DNA from: a bacterium
Lineage (GTDB): Bacteria; ARS69
Direction of reading: 5' to 3'
Assembly: GCA_041393395.1 (NCBI GenBank)
Contig: JAWKKG010000002.1
Span: 124,468-188,467, forward strand
DNA: 64,000 bases
The position numbers and the translations under genes were made by a program. The notes beneath the pieces were generated by a model. It did not search any database. It saw only the letters and a program-made list of their open reading frames with translations, and was not told the origin of the DNA. Positions 53,883-62,646 of this stretch are shown here, one piece after another; the stretch's first letter is position 1, and each line of letters begins with the position of its first letter.

Positions 53883-56800
53883 CGCAGGTTCTTGCAAGTC
53901 CTGGCACGAATCGTGCCCCCCCCCATTTCTGGAAACAGGTAGCGCGCTCGGAATCGCGGCACTCGCTCTGATACCCTGGTCCACAGCCCGGGCGGACGTT
54001 ACCGACGCCCGGCTCTGGGAGCCCGCCGTGCAGATGACGTTTGCCGAGTTCGACGTGCAGGTGCTGGCCAAGCAGCTCGCCCGCCGATCGGGTGGGGGGT
54101 TCCATCAGATCGTGGAAGCGTGGTCCGACAGCCTCGGTCGCAACAACGGCTTCGGCTGGTACCTCGAGGTCGGACCGTCCCTCGATTGGGCTTCGGCCTG
54201 GCAGGATCGCGAGCTGTTCACTTTCGTTCCCGACACGACTGTCGGAAACAAGGTCCCGTACGGGCATTCCGACTTTCGCATGCTCGTCAGCAACGACGAC
54301 GACGTACACGCGTTCTACGAGGCGAAGTTCTATCCGCCCGATTCGATCCGAGCAATGGTCGCTTACAAACGTCGGGGTGGGGTGTCGTGGGACTCCGCGT
54401 CCGACCCGGTGTTTCTCGCTCCCGGCTGCGTGAGTGACTCGCCGCGCCCCTACTACGATAGCGAAACAGACATCATGCACCTGATGTTCACGGCGGCGGC
54501 TACCACGGGATGCTACCCCGCTCCTCCGTCCGGCACGGACCTGCAGGTCTATACGAGAAAGGCAGTGTCCGCCGCAGACTCCGCTTGGGCGCCGCTGACG
54601 TACATGTACCCGAGCATTGGCCTCGGTCCGATCGGGGGCGGTGTGTTCGCGGAAGCCGACACGGTGCACTTCTTCGGGAGTCGAACAGAGAACCAAAGCG
54701 GGTGGAAAGTCGTCACGGTGATCCACCGGAGCGGACTCCGCCCGCCCCCGGCGAGTACTGGACGTTCGCCCACGTCGATACGCTCGACTCTTTTCTGGTG
54801 CCTGGTGATGGCGATCCCCGATCGGAGCCCGAGGACCAGCCCACACCCTTCGAAGGGGCCAGCGGCGACTCCCTCTACGTGGCCTGGGCTCGACCGATGG
54901 GTACGACCGGCGCCGACGAGGTGATGTTCGCCGTCTACGATCTTCGGGACACTTTATGGACCCCGGACAACTGCCCCACGGGTAACTGCGGTTCGCTTCC
55001 CCCGTTCGGTCTCCAGCTCACGACGACGGATGATTCCGCGGAGGACTCGTGGGATCCAAAGGTGGTCGTAGACGCGGCCGGCGCCGTTCACGTCTTCTAT
55101 CGCGTCGGCGATCCCTCGACCCTGCAGCACTTGTTCAACTCTGGCGACCCGACCAACCTCGCGGACTGGAGCGAGCCGACGATCCTGTCGTTCGAGGAGG
55201 AGCACACGGCGAGACTGCCGACGGTGGTCGCCGACGCTGACACCCTGTGGGTCGCGTACTCCGCTCAGTCTCTGACCGGATGCACGGCGAATTGCCGGCA
55301 GGGCTTCTTCAAGCTCGGCACCCGTCACGTGAACTGGGGCGGCACGGTCAACGTCCGCTCGGACTTCGTCGTGGCGTCGGCCGGCACGCTCTCGATCGCG
55401 CCGGGCACCACGGTGATCGCGGGCGCGGCTCCCGTCGGAAACCTGGGCAATCGCGCGGACGACGTCGAGATCGTGGTGGGCGGAACCCTGCTCGCGGAAG
55501 GAACGTCGACCGAGGCGGTGACCTTCACCGGAGATGTCGCGACCCCGGGATCCTGGGGAGGCATCTTGTTCCGCGACACCGCCGACGACTCGCCGAGTTC
55601 GATCTCGTACGCCGACTTCGAGTATCCGGAGTTCGCGGTGCAGGTCGACTCGCTGGCCGGGACGCTGTTTCGGCCCACGTTTGCGGGAGTCGCCCAGGCC
55701 GACGTCTACGTTGATCGGAGTACACGGTTGCCGCTGGGATCGGCCTGGTGGTTCGAATCCCCCGTGAGCATCCGCGTTGCTTCTGAGGACGCCGCCCAGC
55801 CGGGTGGTGACATCTCCATCACCATCGACGGCGACCTGTACGCGCAGCCCGCGGGTGGCCGGGTGCAGGTTCTGTCCGCGTCCCCGACCGCAAGCGGGGA
55901 GGACTGGGAGGGGATGGTCGTCCGGTCTGCGGGCACGATCATCGCCTCGAACCTCGAGATCGGGCACTGCCGCAATCCCCTGACTCTGCTTGCCGCGGAC
56001 CACGCGCAGCTCTTCGACAGTGAACTTCACACCTTCGCGGGAGACGGTGTGTTCGACTGGGGCTCAGATGCGCGCATCGAGCGATGCCTCATTTGGAACG
56101 GCGGGCTCGATGTGCAGGCGAGCGCTGGATCCGCGATTCGCAGCATCAGCTCGGCGACTTGGGCTCTTGCCGACACCATCGACGGTCGGTTTTCGCACGG
56201 AATCTGGAGCTCGTATTCATACGGATTCTGCACCGCGGCCCCGATTCCGCTCGGGAAGACCATCCAGATCGACGGGAATGTGATCCGAGGCCCCGGCGTC
56301 GAACACCCTTCGGAGACGGGACGCGGACTGTACGTCGAGTGGATCTGTCACGGAATCGACGCGCTGGTGTCGGACAACTGTGTCTCGCAGTGGCCGCAGC
56401 AGGGCATCTCGCTCTCCAATGCGGCCAACACCCAGGTCGCGTGCAACTGGGTGGACAGTACGGAAGTCGGACTGAAACATTTCCGGGGCGATCATGTTCC
56501 CTCGGGTGACGCGGACGTCCAGTTCCGACGGAACGTTGTCAGTGCCTGGGAGACTCGCGGCATCAACGTGACCTCTCCGGAGGGGTTCGAAATGGCGGAT
56601 CTCTCCACAGCGGCGCGGAACGAGGTGCGCCAGGATGGCCAGGACGACACCTTCGTTCGGTTTCGCCCCACGAGCAGCACGCAAGGTGCCGAGTTCGATG
56701 TGAGCAACCAGCTCTGGGTTGACCCCACCGGCGCCGTTCTCACGGATCCTGCGGACGTGCTCACCGACTGCGACTTCAACCTGCTGTCGCCCATCGTGAT

Positions 56801-57206
56801 CACCTCGCTGCTGACGTCCCAGGAGCGCTGCGCGAGCATAGCGACGTGCCCAGGAAGCTCGCAGGCGGTGGCCCGGCGAGGCGCAGACCGCGCACCGGAA
56901 CCAGGAGCAGAACGTGGCGACCCGCCACGCCGTTTCGAGAGCTTCGTGGAAACGGTGGCCGGGCGAGCGCGAGTCGTGCTGGCCGGTCCGGCGGACACGG
57001 AGCCGCCCGTGCAGGGGCGTGTCTACGACGTCGCCGGGCGTCTCGTTCAGGAGGTCCATGGCACCTTGGTGTCTCCCGGTCGGTACGTGCTCGAATGGAA
57101 CGGCTCGACTGGGGCAGGCCATCAAGCGGCAGACGGTGTGTACTTCTTGCGCGTCGAAGCCCCGGGCCATCATCGAACGCACAAGATCGTCCGGATCCGG
57201 AGGTAG
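53880..57206 (+). CDS. Large secreted protein: BNR/sialidase-like N-terminal region, right-handed beta-helix region, and a FlgD-Ig/T9SS-type C-terminal domain. As sequenced, the reading frame is broken twice at homopolymeric C tracts (C9 at 53916..53924 and C5 at 54745..54749), so it may be a pseudogene, a sequencing artefact or phase-variable.
   Basis: Frame 0 gives ATG 53880 MRRFLQVLARIVPPP..., which stops at 53942. Frame 1 (53925..54749) continues a signal-peptide-like ...FLETGSALGIAALALIPWSTARA|DVTD... and plausible protein up to ...WKVVTVIHRSG. Frame 0 again (54750..57206) runs GEYWTFAHVD... to the C-terminus ...GRVYDVAGRLVQEVHGTLVSPGRYVLEWNGS...GVYFLRVEA.... Removing one C at the first tract and adding one at the second restores a single ORF of about 1105 aa. 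Confidence 0.55.
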
Positions 57207-57208
57207 CC

Positions 57209-58513
57209 ATGCGACGACTTTCGATTTCGGGCGGAGTGATCGCCCTTCTCTCGACAGGGTTCGCTTCGATCGACGTGGCTTCCGCGACGACTCTACGGGT
57301 CCCCGAGGACTTCCCGACCATTCAAGCGGCCGTGGACGCGGCGGGTCCGATCGACGTCGTGGACGTCGCCCCGGGCACGTGGTCGGACGCGGAGACGCGT
57401 TCCGTCTGGAACGGCGGGATGTACGTCAACGTCCGGTCGGTCGTGTTCTTGAAACCGGGAATCACCGTGCGCTCTCGGAGTGGCGCCGAAGCCACGGTCA
57501 TCGACCTGTCGCTGAACCCCGGTCCGGGGTTCCAGACCCCCGTGGTCTATCCGGGACAACAGGCGGGGCCCGCGACGATCCAGGGCTTCACGGTGCTCGG
57601 AGCCGGCTCGGGCGGAGGCGGCATCAGTTCCCTCGCGGCGCAGAAGCTCATCGTCCGCGACTGCATCGTGCGGGACATCCACACCGGGGGACGTGCGATC
57701 ACGACGGCCAACGGCGGTGGGCTGGAGATCTACGACACCCTCGTGGAGAACGTCACCTTGCTCGGCGGCACCGCGGTCCGCGCCATCAGCGGCGGAAGTC
57801 TGAAGATGATCCGGACTACGATTCGCGACAACTCGGCGGGTGGGGTCTACTCCACGGTTCCGACGATCCTCGAGGATTGCAACTTCGTCCGGAATCGGAC
57901 GACGCAAGTGGGAGCAGGAGCCAACCTCCAGGGGCCGTCCGAAGTCACGCGGTGTCTGTTTCAGGAGAATGTCTCGCTGGAGGATCCAGGCGGGGGATTG
58001 GTCGTCTCGTCGTCACCCGCTGTAGTCGAGGGATGCACTTTCGCTCGCGATTCCTGCGGCGCCACGGGAGCGGCGGCGGGGATGTGGGTGGCTTATGCGC
58101 CGGGACTCTCGGTGATTCGCAACAACACATTCGTCGGGTGCCATTCTCCGGTCTTCCCTGCATCTGCGTTCGGCGTGTCCAGTAGCGTCGTCGAGTTCTC
58201 GAACAACATCGTCGCTGGCAGCACCGGATCGGCCGCACTGCACAACGTTGGTGGCACGATCACGGGGGGCTGCAACGACTACTGGAACAACGAGGAAGGG
58301 GACTTCGAGGCCTGGACCCCGCTCCCCACCGACTTGTCCGCCGATCCACTCTTTTGCGATCCCGAAGCTCACGATTTCCGACTGCACAGCAACTCTCCTT
58401 GCGCGCCGGATCAGAACCCGACCTGCGGTCAGGTCGGAGCTTGGTCCGTCGCGTGCGGTTCCGTGTCCATCGAGCCCCTGTCCTGGGGGCGAATCAAGGG
58501 GGCGTACCGATGA
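57209..58513 (+). CDS. Secreted right-handed beta-helix protein, paralog A, with the ...SWGRIKGAYR C-terminal tag
   Basis: GGAGG RBS 3 nt after the upstream stop. Signal peptide MRRLSISGGVIALLSTGFASIDVASA. N-terminal LRVPEDFPTIQAAVDAA is a pectin-lyase-fold hallmark. C-terminal module GCNDYWNNEEGDF...DPLFCDPEAHDFRLHSNSPC...CGSVSIEPLSWGRIKGAYR. 434 aa. Confidence 0.8.
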   Translation: MRRLSISGGVIALLSTGFASIDVASATTLRVPEDFPTIQAAVDAAGPIDVVDVAPGTWSDAETRSVWNGGMYVNVRSVVFLKPGITVRSRSGAEATVIDLSLNPGPGFQTPVVYPGQQAGPATIQGFTVLGAGSGGGGISSLAAQKLIVRDCIVRDIHTGGRAITTANGGGLEIYDTLVENVTLLGGTAVRAISGGSLKMIRTTIRDNSAGGVYSTVPTILEDCNFVRNRTTQVGAGANLQGPSEVTRCLFQENVSLEDPGGGLVVSSSPAVVEGCTFARDSCGATGAAAGMWVAYAPGLSVIRNNTFVGCHSPVFPASAFGVSSSVVEFSNNIVAGSTGSAALHNVGGTITGGCNDYWNNEEGDFEAWTPLPTDLSADPLFCDPEAHDFRLHSNSPCAPDQNPTCGQVGAWSVACGSVSIEPLSWGRIKGAYR

Positions 58514-59124
58514 AACCGCGTGCGATCTCGCTCGTCCTCGCAGTGCTCGCCGCTGCCACCTCCGTCCACGCCGAGACTCAGGTCTTCCCGTGCACGGAGC
58601 AGGCGGTGATCACCAGCGGCGCGGGTCTGGGGCGTCTTCTCTTCCGATTCGATGGCACGACGGTCCTGCGCGATGAACTCGTCACGGCGGCGTGGCTCGA
58701 TGTCTCCTGTTCGAACGCATCTGGCGACGCCCTCACCGTGCGGATGGCTCCGCTGGATCGGGCCTGGTCGGTCGGATCCGTGACCTGGACGTCTCCGTGG
58801 CACGACGCCGGCGGCGATCTCGCTCGAGCGTTCGTAACGACCGAGGACGTCGCGTCCAGTTCGGTCCGCCTGAACGTGACGGAGTGGGTGCGCAGTCACC
58901 TCGCCGGAGAGGTCGCGGACTACGGCCTCATGCTCACGGTCGACGACGGGGCGCGAGGGGGTCTTACCTCCAACGAACGAGCGATATTCGGCGATCCGCC
59001 GGTCGCCACGCTGACGATCGAGTTCCGTAGCTTGACGGCTCAAGGGATCGAAGGCGGGCCCCGCGCCTACTTGGCGCGTCGTGAGGCGCGCGTCGCGGCC
59101 GATCGGGCGGACCGGTTGAGGTAG
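58510..59124 (+). CDS. Small secreted partner protein A (unknown family), translationally coupled to beta-helix A
   Basis: ATG overlaps the upstream stop (ATGA). Signal peptide MKPRAISLVLAVLAAATSVHA. Paralogous to 60562..61191 through shared blocks S(V/A)TW(T/S)SPW, ...E(V/G)(A/L)(D/G)YGL(M/I)..., ...L(T/A)(I/L)(E/R)(F/V)RSLTA(Q/R)G. 204 aa. Confidence 0.7.
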   Translation: MKPRAISLVLAVLAAATSVHAETQVFPCTEQAVITSGAGLGRLLFRFDGTTVLRDELVTAAWLDVSCSNASGDALTVRMAPLDRAWSVGSVTWTSPWHDAGGDLARAFVTTEDVASSSVRLNVTEWVRSHLAGEVADYGLMLTVDDGARGGLTSNERAIFGDPPVATLTIEFRSLTAQGIEGGPRAYLARREARVAADRADRLR

Positions 59125-59188
59125 CGGACTCGGCGAGGCTGTCCGTCGCCCGGCGATGACCGCCTGGGCTTCGCTGAAGTTCTCGTCG

Positions 59189-59240
59189 GCGACCGGATCC
59201 GCCGGTCGCACCTGCCCTCCCTCCCGGGAGACGCAAGATG
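59189..59240 (+). promoter_or_regulatory. Conserved 5' leader, copy B (palindrome, C-rich tract, SD, ATG)
   Basis: GCGACCGGATCCGCCGGTCGCACCTGCCCTCCCTCCCGGGAGACGCAAGATGCG differs from copy A at only 2 positions. Confidence 0.55.
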
Positions 59241-60575
59241 CGAGGCCCTCGATCGATTGCACGCCGGAGACTTGTGTGCGGCGCGGCGACTGGTGGTGAT
59301 CCGATGAGATTGCGAATCACTCTCGCCGCGGGGATCGTCTTCGGTGTCGGCCTTGCTGCGGCCGACGCGAGCATCCTCCGGGTTCCTGAGGACTACTCGT
59401 CTGTCCTCGCGGCGGTCGACGCCGCGGTTTCGGGCGACAGCGTGCTCGTTCAGCCGGGCACTTGGACCGACACGGCGATCCGGATCGCTCCCACCGGAGC
59501 GTACGTCAAGTCCACGCTGTTCGTGAAGCCGGGCATCACCGTGCTGGGGCTCGGTGGACCGGAGGTCACGACGCTCGATGTTGGTCCGGAAGTTGGTGCG
59601 TTCGCCGTGACGATTACAAACAATGCTCCTGGCTCGGCGCCGTCGTACGTGATTGGCTTCACCATCACGGGTGGCGGGACAGGTGTTGGCGGATACGGCG
59701 GATCTCCCCTGGAGCTCCACGATTGCCGGATCGTCGACAATCCGCGGCAGGCGGCCAACATCGCCTACACCCGCTTGACCTTGGTCGGAGGAACAATCAC
59801 GGGAAATGCAGAGGGTCAGTCGAGCCCGCAGTGGGGATGTGTGTTCGGCCACGAAAGCGCCTTGGAACTGCGACAAGTCACGATCGAACGAAACTCAAAC
59901 GTCTTCGGTGTCGTTTTCGATAGCCAACCACAGTCTGTTCGCTTGATCGACTGCACGTTTCTCGACCAGACGCTCGCCTGCCGCGTCTGGGACTGCCCGG
60001 ACTTCGTGGTCGAGAACTGCTCGTTCGTCCGGTGTTCGGACGGTGGCATTCAAGTGCGAAACTGCCAGGGTCGGATCGAGTTCACGACGTTCGCTTATGA
60101 CACGTCCGGGGCGGGTGGGGGAGCCCAGCTGAGTCGCTCGACGATCGAAGTCAGCAACAACACGTTCTATCGCTGCCACACCGACGGATCCGCCGCCGCA
60201 CTGTCCGTTTCGTTCACGGACGGCGGCGTCCACAACAACATCTTCACGGGCTGCACGACACCCCGCGGCACGGTCTCCTTCGGCGGCGGCACCCAGCACC
60301 CCTCCACCGGCTGCAACCTCTTCTGGGACAACGAGGGCGACGACTTCTGGAACGACTGGGTCCCCGCCCCCACCGACATCGAGGCGGACCCCGAGTTCTG
60401 CAACGAAACCGTCCTCGACCTGACGCTGCACTCCACGTCCCCCGCCGCCTCCGCGAACTCCGCCTGCGGTCTCCTCGGCGCGTTCGATGTCGGCTGCGGC
60501 TCCGTCTCCGTCGACGCCACGAGCTGGGGTCGCCTCAAGAACCTCTACCGGAGCTCGGATCATGAAGACCGCTAG
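59238..60575 (+). CDS. Secreted right-handed beta-helix protein, paralog B, with the ...SWGRLKNLYR C-terminal tag
   Basis: The conserved-leader ATG at 59238 is in frame; an alternative start ATG at 59303 gives a clean signal peptide MRLRITLAAGIVFGVGLAAADA. LRVPEDYSSVLAAVDAA; beta-helix repeats; C-terminal module GCNLFWDNEGDDF...DPEFCNETVLDLTLHSTSP...CGSVSVDATSWGRLKNLYRSSDHEDR. Confidence 0.8.
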   Translation: MRGPRSIARRRLVCGAATGGDPMRLRITLAAGIVFGVGLAAADASILRVPEDYSSVLAAVDAAVSGDSVLVQPGTWTDTAIRIAPTGAYVKSTLFVKPGITVLGLGGPEVTTLDVGPEVGAFAVTITNNAPGSAPSYVIGFTITGGGTGVGGYGGSPLELHDCRIVDNPRQAANIAYTRLTLVGGTITGNAEGQSSPQWGCVFGHESALELRQVTIERNSNVFGVVFDSQPQSVRLIDCTFLDQTLACRVWDCPDFVVENCSFVRCSDGGIQVRNCQGRIEFTTFAYDTSGAGGGAQLSRSTIEVSNNTFYRCHTDGSAAALSVSFTDGGVHNNIFTGCTTPRGTVSFGGGTQHPSTGCNLFWDNEGDDFWNDWVPAPTDIEADPEFCNETVLDLTLHSTSPAASANSACGLLGAFDVGCGSVSVDATSWGRLKNLYRSSDHEDR

Positions 60576-61191
60576 AACGCATTCGATCGCGCTCCTCGCG
60601 CTCGCCGCCATCCTGGGCGCAGTCGCTCCTTCCCGGGCGAGCGAGCCGACTCTCTCCCTCTCGCGCACGGTGATCACGGACTCCTACGGCCGCTCCCGGA
60701 TCCTGTTCGAGATCCCGTCGTTGCAGGAGTACCGCGAGGAGTGGGTCTCCTCCGCCACCTTGATCCTCGACCTGCCTCCCGGATCCTTCCCGGGCGAAGT
60801 CGAGCTCCTGGTGGACGCCGTCGCGACCCCGTGGGGCGGAAGTGCCACGTGGAGTTCGCCGTGGACTCACCCCGGCGGCGACGTGGAAGGGCAGACCGGC
60901 GACGGCACCACCCTGGCCGCCGGACCGTCCCCGTCTCAGGTCCGACTCGACGTGACCACCGCGCTCCGCGGCATGGTGGAGGGCGACCTCGGCGAGTACG
61001 GACTCATCGTGTACCCGTCCGATCCCGCGAAGCCGGGGTTCACGGCCGCGGAATCCCAGGTGCTCGCCTCCGCCAGCGGGACGCTGGCGCTGCGGGTCCG
61101 CAGCCTCACCGCGCGCGGCTACCACGGGGGAGCCAAGGCGCTCCTGGATCGCAAGCGCAGCGCCCGACTCCTGGAGGACCATCCGCAGTAG
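60562..61191 (+). CDS. Small secreted partner protein B, paralog of 58510..59124
   Basis: ATG lies 14 nt before the upstream stop, so the genes overlap. Signal peptide MKTARTHSIALLALAAILGAVAPSRA. It has the same conserved blocks as partner A. 209 aa. Confidence 0.7.
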   Translation: MKTARTHSIALLALAAILGAVAPSRASEPTLSLSRTVITDSYGRSRILFEIPSLQEYREEWVSSATLILDLPPGSFPGEVELLVDAVATPWGGSATWSSPWTHPGGDVEGQTGDGTTLAAGPSPSQVRLDVTTALRGMVEGDLGEYGLIVYPSDPAKPGFTAAESQVLASASGTLALRVRSLTARGYHGGAKALLDRKRSARLLEDHPQ

Positions 61192-61228
61192 CGCCGCAAC
61201 CTCCTCCTCGCACGCTTCGAGCAATGAA

Positions 61229-61270
61229 GAAGGGCAGGCCGTCCTCGACGACCTGCCCTCGCTTCTTCAG
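61229..61270. terminator. Candidate bidirectional terminator hairpin between convergent genes
   Basis: AGGGCAGG-(14 nt loop)-CCTGCCCT is followed by CGCTTCTTC. The U-tract is weak. Confidence 0.35.
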
Positions 61271-61291
61271 CTCTCTCCGCCCGCGTCTCCG

Positions 61292-61747
61292 CTAGCGGTA
61301 GATCGACTTCACCCGACCCCAGCTCTCGCTCTCCACGGAGATCGCCGGGAACTCCGGGGCGCCCATCTGGATCCACTCGCGGATCACGTCGATGGTCGTC
61401 TGCGGCAGCGGGCCGCCGATGAGCGGCATCTGGTTGCCCACGATCCACGGGCAGTTCTCGAGCTTGCAGATGATGTAGCTGTTGTCCGGATCGAACGGCG
61501 CCACGCGAACCGCCGTGGGCACCTCCACGCTCGGCACGTCCACGAGGAAGCTGAACGCCTGGCCCTCGCGCAGGTCGAGGTTCGCCTGCATCGCGCCGCC
61601 GTGGCAGGCGGCGAGCGCGCAGCCCGGCGTGAAGACGTTCGCCTGGATGTCCTGCAGGGTGGGCTCGAACGGACCGCCCGCGGCCCGGGCGCTGCCGAAG
61701 CCGAGGAGGGTCAGAACGGAAAGAGTCGCAATCGTCGCAACGCGCAT
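61292..61747 (-). CDS. Small secreted Cys-motif protein carrying the same ...SESWGRVKSIYR C-terminal tag
   Basis: Start at ATG 61747. Signal peptide MRVATIATLSVLTLLGFGSARA. Contains CALAACHG (Cx4CH) and CKLENC. 151 aa. The 216-aa upstream extension is rejected. Confidence 0.6.
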   Translation of the reverse strand: MRVATIATLSVLTLLGFGSARAAGGPFEPTLQDIQANVFTPGCALAACHGGAMQANLDLREGQAFSFLVDVPSVEVPTAVRVAPFDPDNSYIICKLENCPWIVGNQMPLIGGPLPQTTIDVIREWIQMGAPEFPAISVESESWGRVKSIYR

Positions 61748-61970
61748 GGGCCGCTCCAATCGACGGGTCCAAGGGGTCTCCCGGACGCGCCGGAGCGCGC
61801 CGGGTGGGGGATTCCGGTTGCACCCCGTCGTGTGGAACGGGGGGATGTCGCGATGATAGTGGATTCGGAGTCTCCGAGGGAACCCCGGCGCTGCGCGAGG
61901 CGCTCGCCGCCGCCGCTCACGAGATCCGGATCCTTCTGTCACGAATTCCCCGGGGGCCCGGGAGCCCGCG

Positions 61971-61999
61971 TTGACGGGCCTCTCGGGCCGGGGTAGCGT
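61971..61999 (+). promoter_or_regulatory. Candidate sigma-70-type promoter for ubiX-ubiD
   Basis: TTGACG, a 17-bp spacer, then TAGCGT. Confidence 0.35.
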
Positions 62000-62091
62000 C
62001 CCGGGTCCTGCCCCCGTCGTCCCGTTCTTCTCGAGGCAAGGGCTCCGGATCGGCCGCCGCGGCCCGCCCGAGCCGCGGCCCCCGGAGTGCC

Positions 62092-62646
62092 ATGCGAACT
62101 GTCGTCGTGATCACGGGAGCCTCCGGCGCCGTCTTCGGGATCGAGCTGCTGAAGCGCCTGCCCGGCGAGAAGGTCCTCATCCTCACGAAGTGGGGGAAGG
62201 TCGTGATCCGCGAGGAGACCGGCCTTTCCGTCTCCGAGGTCGAGGCGCTGGCGGACTCCGTCTTCTCGGACGAGGATCTGGCCGCACCGATCTCCTCCGG
62301 CTCGAATCCGTTCGACGCGGTCGCGGTGCTGCCGATGAGCGCGAGCTTCCTCGCGAAGGTCGCCGCCGGGCTCGGCGACACGCTCGGCACGCGCGTCTGC
62401 CACATCGCGCTGAAGGAGCGCCGACGTCTCGTGCTCGCCCTGCGCGAGACGCCCGTCACCGGCATCACGCTCGACAACGCGGCGCGCGTGTCGCGCGAGG
62501 GCGCGATCGTGATGCCGGTGTCGCCGTTCTTTTACCTGAAGCCGGACTCGATCGATCGACTCGTGGGCGACTACGTCGATCGCATGGTGCAGACGCTGAC
62601 CGGTGCGCCGATGCCGGACGGCTGGAAGCGCGAGGATCTCGCGTGA
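62092..62646 (+). CDS. ubiX: Flavin prenyltransferase UbiX (Pad1 family)
   Basis: VVITGASGAVFGIELLKRL, a Rossmann-like flavoprotein of 184 aa. Confidence 0.9.
   Translation: MRTVVVITGASGAVFGIELLKRLPGEKVLILTKWGKVVIREETGLSVSEVEALADSVFSDEDLAAPISSGSNPFDAVAVLPMSASFLAKVAAGLGDTLGTRVCHIALKERRRLVLALRETPVTGITLDNAARVSREGAIVMPVSPFFYLKPDSIDRLVGDYVDRMVQTLTGAPMPDGWKREDLA

Noticed and set aside
53903-53917. TGGCAC-N5-GTGCC sigma-54-like match
   Set aside because: It lies inside the coding N-terminus, downstream of the conserved ATG, and the -12 element is GTGC rather than TTGC.
53703-53942. ORF ending MRRFLQVLARIVPPPISGNR
   Set aside because: Its 5' part is antisense or overlapping junk after the ABC permease. 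Its last 20 codons are better explained as the start of the large frameshifted gene. The leader-peptide alternative is noted in the findings.
58510-59124. Assignment of the partner proteins to the DNRLRE-domain family
   Set aside because: I recalled that DNRLRE proteins often neighbour beta-helix proteins, but the diagnostic motif is not recognisable here; the nearest is SNERAIFG. I therefore leave them as unknown family.
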